Assembly: GCA_019247695.1 (NCBI GenBank)
Contig: JAFBAP010000101.1
Coordinates: 26,201 to 90,200 of the forward strand
Reading direction: 5' to 3'
Length of the DNA: 64,000 nucleotides
Source: Verrucomicrobiota bacterium
GTDB taxonomy: Bacteria; Verrucomicrobiota; Verrucomicrobiia; Chthoniobacterales; JAFAMB01
How positions within the stretch are numbered: the stretch's first letter is position 1; every line of letters begins with the position of its first letter. Both the position numbers and the translations under genes were made by a program. A model generated the notes under the pieces. The model did no database searches, was not told the origin of the DNA, and saw only the letters and a program-made list of their open reading frames with translations. Shown one piece after another: positions 43,501 through 52,559 of the stretch.

Positions 43501-43747
43501 TCCGCACCGCAGTGACGTGCGGGACGCCGGCCATTTGAATTTCGACGGGAATGGTGATGTAACGCTCGATCTCTTCAGCCGACTGGCCGCTGCTCTGGGT
43601 GATCACCTCCACGAGCGGCGGTACCGGATCAGGGTAAGCCTCGATGTTGAGGCGCATAAAACTCATCGCGCCGGCACCGAACAGGCAGAACATCACGATG
43701 ACCACGAGCATCCGCTGTTTCAGCGCAAAGGCGACGATCCCGTTCAT
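40571..43747 (-). CDS. CusA/CzcA-family heavy-metal-efflux RND permease
   Basis: 1,058 aa with 12-TM RND topology. AIDFGLIVDATVIMVEN is characteristic of the HME (CzcA/CusA) branch. Confidence 0.93.
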   Translation of the reverse strand: MNGIVAFALKQRMLVVIVMFCLFGAGAMSFMRLNIEAYPDPVPPLVEVITQSSGQSAEEIERYITIPVEIQMAGVPHVTAVRTISLFGLSDVRVQFTYDFTYEQAEQWVINRLSQLSPLPNGVTPQISPESPIGEIYRYRIVGPPGYSVMDLKTLQDWVLQRRFKAVPGVVDVSGWGGKTKTYEITLDQNKLVEYGLTVPQILQALNNANINVGGQTVNFGPQAAVVRGVGLIHSMDDIRDTMLSANNGSPVRVRDVATVQVGHQPRLGIAGQDDDNDIAQGIVLMRRGEQSLPTIRRVEAEVQKINTTGILPPGVRLEKIYDRRELIAVTTRTVLHNLIFGIMLIFFIQWIFLGNLRSAVIVAATIPFALCFAIITMTLRGESANLLSVGAIDFGLIVDATVIMVENIYRHLAQRPEERFAHSPVKHRLPSSWELRGVLAVIGSSALEVNRAIFFSASIIIAGFIPLFTLSGVEGHIFGPMAKTYAYAIAGGLIATFTITPALSAVLLPNPARETETLIVRGLRRIYIPLLKVTVANRIVSLGAAVALVTLAVVAARSLGLEFLPKLEEGNFWIRASFPPTISLEEAGGYADRMRQIVKNFPEVQTVISQLGRPDDGTDATGFFNLELDVPLKPFSTWPAGIDKEKLTRQMDAALEGPFPGVDFNFSQNIEDNVEEAASGVKGQNSIKLFGNDLEALQNTAYQIKALLETVPGMTDLSVFDAFGQPTVNIDIDRKVAARYGLAPGDINSTVQAAIGGQAAGNLYEYGSDRNFPIVVRLAPQYRQSLDAMRRIPIGAPNPNGNGIVPIPLSDTAKVSLAPGYSFIYRENQERYIPIKFSVRGRDLGSAVLEAQSRIAGQVRLPAGARLEWVGEFGELQDAMERLKLVVPMTLLLIVLLLFANFSSVTDTLLAASVMPLALIGGIFALWITGTPFSVSAAIGFIGLFGISVMEGIIVISYFNQLIEGGLERSAALMRACQIRLRPVMMTCIAACVGLLPAATSTGIGSQVQKPLALVVVGGILLAPILILIILPVLVDLFSRRGRRAEEAPAAELQPAE

Positions 43748-43791
43748 CGTGAGTTGTCCGTGCTCGTGGCTTCCTCCTGCGGTTGGCCGGC

Positions 43792-45126
43792 TCAGTCCGT
43801 CGCTTCGGCCGCACGATCGATGAACAGGCTGCCGCGGGTCACCACCGACTCACCGGGCAGGACGCCGGCGAGCACCTCAACCATGCCGTCCTGAGTCCGG
43901 CCAGGCCGGATCTGGCGCAAGCCGAGGGTTCTATCGCTGCCCGCCGTCCAGACGCGCGCCGTCTGGCCTTCATACACGACGGCCGCCTCGGGTACCGCGG
44001 GCGCGCTGACGGCATTTCCGGTGATGATGCTGAAGGTCGCAAACATCTCCGGCTTCAAGGCGCCGTCCGGGTTCTCGACCTCTGCCCGGACCGGCAGTCG
44101 GTGCGTGCCCGGATCGATCGCCGCCGCGACGTAGATGAGTTTTGCCTTGAAGACGCGTCCCGGAATAGCGAGCACATGCACTTCGACCGGTTCGCCGCGC
44201 CGCATCGATGGTGCGTCCGGTTCGCGTACGTTTGCCAGCAGCCAGACCTTCGACATGTCACCGATAGAGAAGATCGGGGTGGAGGCACCATTCGCGGCGC
44301 TGCTGATGTATTGGCCGAGACCGACCTGGCGTTGCGTCACGGTCCCGCTGATCGGCGCGCAGATGAGCGCCTCCGGGTTCATCGTCAGCCGATCCGGCGC
44401 ATCCTCGATCGCAGTGATTTCGGCATCAGCCTTGCCCAGGATCCGCAGACGGTTACGTACCGCAGCAAGGGTGATTTCCGCCGAACGGAAACCGCCCTGG
44501 GCAGTGGCAAGGTCGACCTGGCTCTGTTGCCAGTCCTTGAGCGCCCCGCCCTTCGTATCGTAGAGCTCATGCTGGCGCTTCTCGCTGGTTTGCGCCAGGT
44601 TGAGCTGCGCGCGCGCGGTGTTGAGGGCACTGACGGCGTTGATGAGATCATTCTGGCCCTGCACGAACTCGGACGCCACGATCGCAAGCAGCGCGCCACC
44701 CTGCTTTACCTCATCGCCTGCCTTGGCGAAGAGCTTGGTAACCCGTCCGGAATAAGGCGAGAACACCGGCGTGGTCGCGTCGTCGTCGTTGGCGATCTTG
44801 CCTTCGGTCGTGCGCTCGGTCTGAAAGGTGCGCAACTCCACCGGTGCAATCTTCAAACTTTTCCATTGGGCGTCGGTCGGACGAAACGTCCCCGCCGCAG
44901 GTGCCGGATGCGCGTCTGCGGCCGTCGCGTTCGCTGTCGCCGCTGAATAATGCCGGTTCAGCAGCCATCGGGCGCCGAAAGTCAGGGCGACGATGAGGGC
45001 CGCGCCGGTGACGATAATGAGCCAGCGCGTCCGCTGTCCGAGCGCATGGGCAAATCGAGGTCGTCCGGATCCTTGCATAGTCCCGCTTTCCTTATCGGCG
45101 TCCGCCCTCAAGGAAGCGGGAGTCAA
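43792..45126 (-). CDS. RND efflux periplasmic adaptor (membrane fusion protein)
   Basis: N-terminal anchor helix, a lipoyl/hairpin/beta-barrel pattern (GRVTKLFAKAGDEVKQGGALL), and position between the kinase and the pump. The start could be the ATG at 45078. Confidence 0.9.
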   Translation of the reverse strand: MTPASLRADADKESGTMQGSGRPRFAHALGQRTRWLIIVTGAALIVALTFGARWLLNRHYSAATANATAADAHPAPAAGTFRPTDAQWKSLKIAPVELRTFQTERTTEGKIANDDDATTPVFSPYSGRVTKLFAKAGDEVKQGGALLAIVASEFVQGQNDLINAVSALNTARAQLNLAQTSEKRQHELYDTKGGALKDWQQSQVDLATAQGGFRSAEITLAAVRNRLRILGKADAEITAIEDAPDRLTMNPEALICAPISGTVTQRQVGLGQYISSAANGASTPIFSIGDMSKVWLLANVREPDAPSMRRGEPVEVHVLAIPGRVFKAKLIYVAAAIDPGTHRLPVRAEVENPDGALKPEMFATFSIITGNAVSAPAVPEAAVVYEGQTARVWTAGSDRTLGLRQIRPGRTQDGMVEVLAGVLPGESVVTRGSLFIDRAAEATD

Positions 45127-45127
45127 T

Positions 45128-46546
45128 TTAACCGGCCGTACCTATCCTTGCCGTTTCCAGGACATTACCATTTGGCAAACTTGCCGGCGTCAGGCGCGGC
45201 AGCACGATTCGCGCGATGAGCCCCGGACCGCCGTCCTCCAGGGAAAAGCTGCCGCCGTGCAGGTGGCTTATGGCGCTGACGATGGGCAGACCAAGTCCGT
45301 TACCCGGCAGGCTCCGGCTTCGATCGAGCCGATAAAAGCGCGTGAGGACCTTTTCACGTTCCTCGGGCGGGATGCCTGGCCCGTTGTCCTCGACAACAAT
45401 CGACACCACCCTGCGGTCTTGCGTCGCTCGTACGCGTACCGTGGCCGTGCGCCCCGCATACTTGAGCGAATTGTCGACCAGGTTGGCCGTTGCATTCGCC
45501 AGAAGCTCTTTGTCGCCGAGCGTCACGGGTTCGTCCTCACAATCAACGCGCAGCGCGATGCCTTTTGCCTCCGCGGCGGCATCGTAAAGCTCAACCACGC
45601 CGGTTATGATTTCTCGAAGCGCAATCGGCTGGAACGATTGGCGGCGCGTGCCGGACTCGGCTTCGGCGATCTGCAGCAGCTTATCGAAAACCCGGATCAC
45701 TTCATCAATCCCGCGAATGGCCGCATCGGCGGCTTCAGAAAGCCGCTCGAAGGTTGTCTCGGGCCTGAGCGCCTCATCGAGCAGGCCCCGGATGCGGCCC
45801 AAGGGCGTTCGAAGATCATGAGCGATGGCGTTGGAAACCTCGCGCACGCCATTCATCAAATGCTCGATCCGGTCCAGCATGTGATTGATGTCGTGCTTAA
45901 GCCGCGTGAACTCGTCCTCCGAGTCGACGACAGGAATGCGACGGCTCAAATCTCCCGCTTCAATTTCCAGAACCGTGCGGCGGATGGCTGCAATTCGGTG
46001 CTCCAGTAGCCGCCGAAACAAGTCGGCGCCCCCCATTGCGAGAAGCACGCCGATTACGCCGCCGACCACCAGGGCGCGCAACACGAGTTGCTCGATCTCG
46101 CGCACGTCCCGCAGGTCGCGGCCGACCACGAGAGTCGCGCCGCCTGATAACTTAAGGGGCAGTAAGCGGCTCGTCGAGGGGCGGCCCGCACGGGTTACCG
46201 CCTGATCGGTTAGTTGATCCAGGGGTACTTTACCGTCGGGCCAGTCAGAAAGATTGCCCACGCGCTTTTGCCCGTTGGGTCCAAGCAGGAGGTAGACCTC
46301 GGTGTCCTGGTCGACGCCGTCCGTCAGCAGTTGTTCTATCTCCCCCTGAAGCGCCGCAATGCCGCGGGTTTCAAAGTGATTGGAAAGCCGCCCGGCGATC
46401 ATGATGAGTTTCGAATCAATCTCACGACTGAGAACCCCAACCGTCCCGAAATAGAGAACCGCCGAAACCACCGCTACCGCGCCGAGAACCAGCGCGCTGT
46501 AGCCGATCGCCAGGCGAAATGCAACGGTGTTCAACAGCCTGGTCAT
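45128..46546 (-). CDS. Two-component sensor histidine kinase (2 TM, HAMP, HisKA, HATPase)
   Basis: H-box SNAIAHDLRTPL, N-box LVDNSLKYA, DNGPGIP and GNGLGLPIV. Confidence 0.9.
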   Translation of the reverse strand: MTRLLNTVAFRLAIGYSALVLGAVAVVSAVLYFGTVGVLSREIDSKLIMIAGRLSNHFETRGIAALQGEIEQLLTDGVDQDTEVYLLLGPNGQKRVGNLSDWPDGKVPLDQLTDQAVTRAGRPSTSRLLPLKLSGGATLVVGRDLRDVREIEQLVLRALVVGGVIGVLLAMGGADLFRRLLEHRIAAIRRTVLEIEAGDLSRRIPVVDSEDEFTRLKHDINHMLDRIEHLMNGVREVSNAIAHDLRTPLGRIRGLLDEALRPETTFERLSEAADAAIRGIDEVIRVFDKLLQIAEAESGTRRQSFQPIALREIITGVVELYDAAAEAKGIALRVDCEDEPVTLGDKELLANATANLVDNSLKYAGRTATVRVRATQDRRVVSIVVEDNGPGIPPEEREKVLTRFYRLDRSRSLPGNGLGLPIVSAISHLHGGSFSLEDGGPGLIARIVLPRLTPASLPNGNVLETARIGTAG

Positions 46547-46549
46547 TGC

Positions 46550-47233
46550 CTAGTCATTGTTGACGCAAATCATGTAGCCGACACCGCGTACGGTATGCAG
46601 CAGCGGCGGAGAAAAATCTTTATCGATCTTTTGACGCAGCCGGCTGATCTGAACATCGATGACGTTCGTCTGTGGATCAAAGTGATAGTCCCAGACCGCC
46701 TCCAGGAGCATGGTACGCGTAACTACCTGCCCTTCGTGGCGGACCAGGTACTCCAGAAGGCGGAACTCTCGCGGCTGCAATGCGATCGGTCTCGTCGCGC
46801 GTTCTACACTGCGCCGCCTCAGGTCGAGTTTCAGGTCGGCAACCCACAGTTCCGAAACGTCCTGTCGCATACCGGCGCGGCGTAACAGGGCCTGAATCCG
46901 CGCGAGAAGTTCCGAGAACGCAAAAGGCTTGGTCAGGTAATCGTCACCGCCGCTCCGAAGGCCCCGGACGCGCTCATCCAAATTGGCGAGCGCACTCAGA
47001 ATCAGCACCGGCGTGGTCTTACGAACTTGCCGGAGCGCCTGCACAATTGTTAAACCGTCGACGCCGCCCGGCAACATCCGATCCAGGATCACCAGTTCCC
47101 AATGCTCGTTCGCTGCAAGGTGGAGGCCATTGACCCCGTCGCGGCACCACACAACGCTGAAGCCCTCCTCTTTCAGTCCCTTGCATATGTACCGGGCCGT
47201 CTCCGCGTCATCTTCGATTACGAGACACCGCAT
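46550..47233 (-). CDS. OmpR-family response regulator
   Basis: MRCLVIEDD, ILDRMLPGGDG, KPF, and a winged-helix C-terminus (LTPREFRLLEYL...VRGVGY). ATG at 47233. Confidence 0.9.
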   Translation of the reverse strand: MRCLVIEDDAETARYICKGLKEEGFSVVWCRDGVNGLHLAANEHWELVILDRMLPGGVDGLTIVQALRQVRKTTPVLILSALANLDERVRGLRSGGDDYLTKPFAFSELLARIQALLRRAGMRQDVSELWVADLKLDLRRRSVERATRPIALQPREFRLLEYLVRHEGQVVTRTMLLEAVWDYHFDPQTNVIDVQISRLRQKIDKDFSPPLLHTVRGVGYMICVNND

Positions 47234-47590
47234 CTTGCCTTCAGGATAACGAGGGCCCGAATTTCGGTAAAGAACCTCCGCGCGGCGCATGCGTGCTCTC
47301 TCGGGCACACCGGGACGTTCGCCGGAATGTGTCTGACCGGCTCACATCCTGCGCGGCGGCACGCGCCTTTGCCCGGCTGCTCGGCGCGCTCGTGAGCGGG
47401 ACGCATACTGCCGGATGAGCCGTTGCCGGGCCGGCGCGACCAAGTTGGCCATGCTCCGGATCATGCCAACCACCGGCACGATACCGGATGGGAAAGGAAA
47501 AAAAGCTGGCCGTTTCGAAGACGATGGATTTTAAGAGGCGTGCTATCAGTCTGCCCGTGGGTCCGATCCCGAGATCATCCAAAGCTACAA

Positions 47591-49003
47591 ATGAGACGCA
47601 TGAAACGGCGATCCCGCCTCGGACTGCATAAACGCCGGTATCGGATGCCGGTCCTTGCGGCTGCCCTAAGTTTCATCGGCTTTGCCGTACTGGCCGGGCC
47701 GAACGTCGCCGGGGCGGATACTTCGCCCTGGTCACAATGGGTGGGCGGCGACACGATGACGGGTGATTGGGGAGGACTTCGCGCCGCGCTGCTGGATCAC
47801 GGGCTCAAGATTTCCGGCGGTTATGATGCTGAAGGGTGGGGCAACATCACCGGCGGCTTTGAGCGGGGAGCGGTATATACGGGCCTCCTTTACGTCGCCC
47901 TCCAGCTCGATCTTCAGAAGGCGATGGGGTGGCCGGGCGCAAGCTTCGACACCAGATGGCTGTGGATAACCGGCCAGGACGCGTCCAGGGACCTCGCCGG
48001 GAACTTCCTCACGATTTCGAGCATCGCCGGCTACAACTCGGTGCGTGCTTACGAACTCTGGCTTCAGCAAAACTGGCTGGATGACGCCGTTTCTCTCCGC
48101 CTCGGGCAGATCGCGGCCGATACGGACTTCTTCGTTTCGAAATACGCCTCCACATTTCTCAATAATACCTTCGGGTGGCCTGCCTCCATGGGTTCGAATC
48201 TACCCGGGGGCGGCCCGGGATACCCGATCGGCACCCTGGGCGTCCGCCTGGCGCTCAATCCGGTGGGTTGGTTTACTTTCCAAACGGCGGTTTTCCAGGG
48301 CAACGTCTACCCGCAGAACGTTAACCTCCATGGGTTCCGCTGGCGGCTGAATGGCGCAAACGGGTTCTTCTTCCTTAATGAAGCGCAATTGCGTTGGAAC
48401 CAGCGCGCCGAGGACACGGGGCTTCCGGGTCAATTCAGCGCCGGAGCGTGGTATCACACGGCCCGATTTGCCAGGTCTGACGACGCAGGTTCCGTGCGCG
48501 GAAATTACGGCGTCTACGCCATGCTCGATCAGATGGTGTATCGCGAACCCGGCGAAATGGCCGCTCCGTCCGCGGCTCCTCAATCAGATGGAAAAAAGGT
48601 CGCCGGCGCTACCGGTGCAAACGGAGGCGCGCCGGTCGTAAAGAAATCAGACCAGGGACTTGGAGTTTTCGGCCGCATCGCTTATGAGCCCCAGGATCGT
48701 AATTTCATCGGACTCTATTTCGATACAGGGCTGACCTATAAGGGCCTGATTCCCACCCGCGACGCGGACACCATAGGGGTGGCCTTTGCGTACGCGCAGT
48801 TGAGCTCGGGCGCCAAACGGGCGGCGAGGGCAGCGGGCGCGGTTGGGGCGAGTGCGGAGATGGCGCTCGAAGCCACCTACCAGGCGCAAATCACCCCGTG
48901 GCTGGGCGTCCAGCCGGACCTGCAATACATCATCAACCCCGGCGGCAGCCAGGACCTCGACAACGCCCTCGTCCTGGGCTGCCGCGTCGCGGTCACCTTT
49001 TAA
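47591..49003 (+). CDS. Carbohydrate-selective porin, OprB family
   Basis: Signal peptide, then MTGDWGGLRAALLDHGLKISGGYDAEGWGNITGG, the classic OprB N-terminal signature. C-terminal VTF. ATG at 47591. Confidence 0.8.
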   Translation: MRRMKRRSRLGLHKRRYRMPVLAAALSFIGFAVLAGPNVAGADTSPWSQWVGGDTMTGDWGGLRAALLDHGLKISGGYDAEGWGNITGGFERGAVYTGLLYVALQLDLQKAMGWPGASFDTRWLWITGQDASRDLAGNFLTISSIAGYNSVRAYELWLQQNWLDDAVSLRLGQIAADTDFFVSKYASTFLNNTFGWPASMGSNLPGGGPGYPIGTLGVRLALNPVGWFTFQTAVFQGNVYPQNVNLHGFRWRLNGANGFFFLNEAQLRWNQRAEDTGLPGQFSAGAWYHTARFARSDDAGSVRGNYGVYAMLDQMVYREPGEMAAPSAAPQSDGKKVAGATGANGGAPVVKKSDQGLGVFGRIAYEPQDRNFIGLYFDTGLTYKGLIPTRDADTIGVAFAYAQLSSGAKRAARAAGAVGASAEMALEATYQAQITPWLGVQPDLQYIINPGGSQDLDNALVLGCRVAVTF

Positions 49004-49109
49004 TGCCATTCAGACCGTGATGTCGGTCGGGTGCCGGCGCAGGGGGTGGGCGCCGCGCAGGGTCGGCATCCGGCATAAAGCCGCTCGAAGACTCGCTTTT
49101 TATTCCGTT

Positions 49110-49200
49110 GCCTCCCTTTGGCGCATCGCTCCGGTTCGGCTGTAAGGGTAACTGTTTTTTGCGTTCGAAAGGGCTCGCGCCCTTCCGGAGCGCAAAAGCG
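49110..49200. repeat. 3'-flank element, copy 1 (~90 nt)
   Basis: GCCTCCCTTTGGCGC...CGGTTCGGCTGTAAGGGTAACTGTTTTTTGCGTTCGAAAGGGCTCGCGCCCTTCCGGAGCGCAAAAGCG. Close match to 52560-52649. Confidence 0.8.
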
Positions 49201-49203
49201 TCA

Positions 49204-49368
49204 TCAGGCCCCGACCGGCGCGTCCATCATCGAAACGTGGTCGATGGCGTGAAACGGCACGAACAGGATGATGCCCTCGGCGTTGACAATCGCGCAGGCA
49301 TTTTTACCCACGCTCATGCGCTCCACCGTCTCAATGGCGTAGGCCTGACCCTCCCTCGTTGTCACCAC
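49204..49368 (-). CDS. Small hypothetical protein (start unresolved)
   Basis: The stop-to-stop frame encodes ...RVPFVPFVVTTREGQAYAIETVERMSVGKNACAIVNAEGIILFVPFHAIDHVSMMDAPVGA. The first canonical start is the GTG at 49368, which gives 54 aa. Protein-like sequence continues upstream of it. Confidence 0.3.
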   Translation of the reverse strand: MVTTREGQAYAIETVERMSVGKNACAIVNAEGIILFVPFHAIDHVSMMDAPVGA

Positions 49369-49461
49369 AAACGGTACGAATGGAACTCGGCGTAAGATCC
49401 GGGGAAGCAGCGGGATTTGGCCGTGAAGCCAATTCAGCGTCCCGGTCGTATTCCACCGCCC

Positions 49462-50067
49462 TCACGGGCGTTTGGGGTTTAGCGTGCCGGCAAGGGTGAT
49501 CTCGAGGTTTACCCTGTCGCTTACCCGAAGCACAAACGTGCTCGGATCCTTCATGCCCCAGCTGACGTAAGGCACCACCAATTTTGCCGCCGCGGTAACC
49601 CGGCCGTCCTGTACCGTCACCCTGGCAGGAAGGCTAACCTCGTGATCCTGGCCATGAAGCCGCAAGGTGCCGTGCACCACCACCTGATGCTCGCCCTCCA
49701 GGGACCCGAGACCGCTGACCCGGTCAGGCAAAAACACCGCCCGGGGAAATCGGTCGCTTCCCAACACGCTCTCGTGCATCTGCCGATCGCGCGCTTCCAC
49801 GCCCGTGTTGCCGCTTTTGACGTCGACGACGACCTGCCCCCCGGCTTTCCCGCTGACGGCGTCCAAGCGAACCGTGCCGCCCTCGACCCTGAACGTGCCG
49901 TGGACGGTGTGCAGGGTGGCGCCCAGGGTGAATTGGACGTTGCTGCGGGCCGGGTCGACGCCGATCGTGACCTCGCGGGGGAATGGGGTGACCTTTTCAG
50001 CCGCCGGTAACGTCGCGGCAACCCACAACGTGAAGGCGGCAAACAGGGCGGAAAGCGCGGTTTTCAT
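49462..50067 (-). CDS. YceI-family periplasmic protein
   Basis: Signal peptide. VQFTLGATLHTVHGTF and VHGTLRLHG..HEV are YceI-like lipocalin-fold motifs. ATG at 50067. Confidence 0.85.
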   Translation of the reverse strand: MKTALSALFAAFTLWVAATLPAAEKVTPFPREVTIGVDPARSNVQFTLGATLHTVHGTFRVEGGTVRLDAVSGKAGGQVVVDVKSGNTGVEARDRQMHESVLGSDRFPRAVFLPDRVSGLGSLEGEHQVVVHGTLRLHGQDHEVSLPARVTVQDGRVTAAAKLVVPYVSWGMKDPSTFVLRVSDRVNLEITLAGTLNPKRP

Positions 50068-50367
50068 GGTTTTGGCGCCCGCGGCCGTTTCGGGGCATTC
50101 GGCGCATGCCCCGAGCATTACGCGAACGGGGGGCGTTTGCACAATCGAAAGCTTCGTCCGCCTGCTGGGAGCAAGGCTGGCGCGAACCGAACGGCCGCGT
50201 TGCGCCGCTTTGGCCCGGTGACCTTAAACCGCATTGTTTGTGGGAAAAAGGGTGCGCCCGCGGGGCGAGTTCGAAGTGTTCATGCGAGCCTCTTCGTTAC
50301 TACCTGGTCCGCATTCGTGAAAGTGAGATGGCGCCTTTCTACCGAGGGCACCCGAGTGACTGACCGT

Positions 50368-51993
50368 TCATTCTTCGGGTCCCTGCGCGTTTGCTGACGG
50401 CTTCGTGATCCGGTCCACCAATCCGGTGAACCCAGCCTCTTTGCGAGCGGCCGCCAGGGCCTGGAGTTGCGCGACCTGTTCACGGGAGAACTCGGGGCTG
50501 ACCACCGTGCCCAACGCCCGCGCTTCGGCCTGGATCCGTTCCGCCGCTTCCGGTAAGCGGTCGGGGCCGGCCAGCCGAAAAGATGCGGCCGACAACGGCC
50601 CAAACAGCAGCGCCCGAGCCAGGAGGGGCCACTGGCTTAGCTCGGGTTCCACGCCCGCTTCGCGCGCAAAGCGCAGCGCGATCAAATGCATCGCCTGCGG
50701 CTGCGAGCCGCCTCGCTTGGGCGGTTGGGCCGCCAGGGCCGCCTCCATCTGACTCGGCGGCGGAAGCGGCCGAAGCCCGCTCCAGGCGTACGCGATCCAG
50801 CGGGCTTGCAACTCCAGGGGTGGGAAATAGGGCCCGGTTTGTTCCCACAAACCCACAAAGGCAAGACCCGGCAAATCCGGATGGAACGTGAAGTGGTAAA
50901 GTTCCGCGTCCTGAGCGTCGTTCAGCCGGAGCGTGCGGCGGATCGCGGCGCTCAAGAACGGCAAACTCAACTCGAAGCCGGTGCCCAGGATGATCGCATC
51001 GAACTCTTCGGCGCTTTCGTCGCTGAATCGAACCCTCGGGCCCTCGATGAGGCGCAGCCAGGGTTTAACAACGATGCGGCCCTCCGCCACCAATGGCAGG
51101 AAGTGCTGGCTCAACCCCCGCCCCACCGTCAGGAAATCGCCGTCCGGCGGCCGCGCGCCGAACCGCTCCGGGCTGCCGAACGCCCGCAGGATGTGGTCCT
51201 GAGTGGCCTTGGCCAGGGCTTCCCTCGGCGTGACCTCCGCAGACAGGGCCGCAAAGCGGGTAAAGGCGAGCGTGTCGCTGGGGACCCCGGCCACCAGCTT
51301 GGGCACAACGTAGCGCTGGCGTCGGTAGGTCGAGACGACGCGCGCGGCGCCCAGCATTGCCAGGTCGCTGGCAATTTCCAGGGCGCTGATGGCGCAACCC
51401 ACCACGAGCACCCGTTGACCGCGGAAACCCTCCGGGCGCTTGTAGTGAAGGCTGTGGAGTGCTCCGCCTCGGCCGCAAAACGATTCCAGTCCGGGCAGGG
51501 GCGGGATCAGCGGCGTGGTAAACCTGCCGGAAGCCACCACCACGTACGGAAAGGTCTCGCTTCGAGCCTCGGCGCCGCTGTTGGACCCGATCACCCAACC
51601 GCCACCTCGAGGGTCACGCTCGATCGTTTCGACCCGGGTGGCGTACCGAATGTGGCGAAGGAGGTCAAACGTTTGGGCATAGCGCCCCAGATAGGAAAGG
51701 ATCTCCCCGTTGGAGGGGAAGATTGCCCCCTTGGGTTCGGGCGCGAGGTCGCTAAAGCAAGTCAGCCATCGGCTGGTGTTGGTCACCATGGAAGGCCAAA
51801 CCCCGCTGTGAGGCGAGCGCGCGTTCCACTGTCCCCCCAGCGCATCATTTTGCTCAAAGAGCACCGGTTCCCAGCCGTGCTGCTTGAGGAATTTGGCGAC
51901 CACCAGGCCGCCCGGCCCGCTTCCAATGATGGCGACCAGGCGCCGCGCCGGGGCTGGCCGAATCGAATCACCGCTTTGATTTGCGACGCTCAT
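50368..51993 (-). CDS. Flavin-containing monooxygenase-like protein
   Basis: IIGSGPGGL (FAD GxGxxG), ALGGQWN, FCGRGGALHSLHYKRP (FMO-identifying motif) and VLVVGCAISALE (NADPH GxGxxA). ATG at 51993. Confidence 0.8.
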   Translation of the reverse strand: MSVANQSGDSIRPAPARRLVAIIGSGPGGLVVAKFLKQHGWEPVLFEQNDALGGQWNARSPHSGVWPSMVTNTSRWLTCFSDLAPEPKGAIFPSNGEILSYLGRYAQTFDLLRHIRYATRVETIERDPRGGGWVIGSNSGAEARSETFPYVVVASGRFTTPLIPPLPGLESFCGRGGALHSLHYKRPEGFRGQRVLVVGCAISALEIASDLAMLGAARVVSTYRRQRYVVPKLVAGVPSDTLAFTRFAALSAEVTPREALAKATQDHILRAFGSPERFGARPPDGDFLTVGRGLSQHFLPLVAEGRIVVKPWLRLIEGPRVRFSDESAEEFDAIILGTGFELSLPFLSAAIRRTLRLNDAQDAELYHFTFHPDLPGLAFVGLWEQTGPYFPPLELQARWIAYAWSGLRPLPPPSQMEAALAAQPPKRGGSQPQAMHLIALRFAREAGVEPELSQWPLLARALLFGPLSAASFRLAGPDRLPEAAERIQAEARALGTVVSPEFSREQVAQLQALAAARKEAGFTGLVDRITKPSANAQGPEE

Positions 51994-52259
51994 CAGAAAA
52001 GGGCAGGGGCGTGGCCCCGCCGGGCGGAAGGTGGTGGACGTACTTTTGATGCGTGCGGCATGGGATTGGGCGCGCTGGTCCAAAGGGTATCCCAACCGGC
52101 AGCGGATGGGGGAGTGGAAAAAATGGCGAGGGGTAAGTTCGGGGGTAAAGGTCTCCCGGCACTTCGGGTACACGCGTAGGAAAATCTCCTGCGGGCCTCT
52201 TTCCAGCACCCTCAGCCGTAATGAAGAGAATCGCTGGGATCAGGTCGGAAGGCCCTTTG

Positions 52260-52478
52260 TCAAGGCATTTTCCAGGGTAAGGGCAGCTTGAACGCCAGCA
52301 CCCAGCAGCTCCAGAGGCAAAGGCACGCCATAAGCCCGCACGCCACGTAAAGCGGTAGGTACCACGCATCCCGGTACCGGCCTTTTTGGGCCAGAAAAAT
52401 GATCCCGGCGATGCACAACAGGCCCGGGAACACGACCATGATAAACGCGATGCCGAGGGGAATCAGGATTTGAGCCAT
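52260..52478 (-). CDS. Small two-helix membrane protein
   Basis: MAQILIPLGIAFIMVVFPGLLCIAGIIFL plus a second hydrophobic helix. No family recognised. Confidence 0.4.
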   Translation of the reverse strand: MAQILIPLGIAFIMVVFPGLLCIAGIIFLAQKGRYRDAWYLPLYVACGLMACLCLWSCWVLAFKLPLPWKMP

Positions 52479-52559
52479 CTCACAAGGATGCACCGTTCGT
52501 TCGCCGGATCATAGGCGACCGTACCTTCGACGGCCTGACCCCTGGCCGAGCCGCGCTTT

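Noticed and set aside
48186-48206. tRNA-like T-arm (GGGTTCGAATCTACCC), and GAGTTCGAACC in repeat module B
   Set aside because: The first lies inside the OprB porin CDS. Neither has acceptor, D or anticodon arms around it.
49150-49200. 3'-flank element hairpin as a Rho-independent terminator
   Set aside because: The T and A runs are part of the stem, and no U-tract follows the hairpin on either strand. Termination is not excluded but cannot be claimed.
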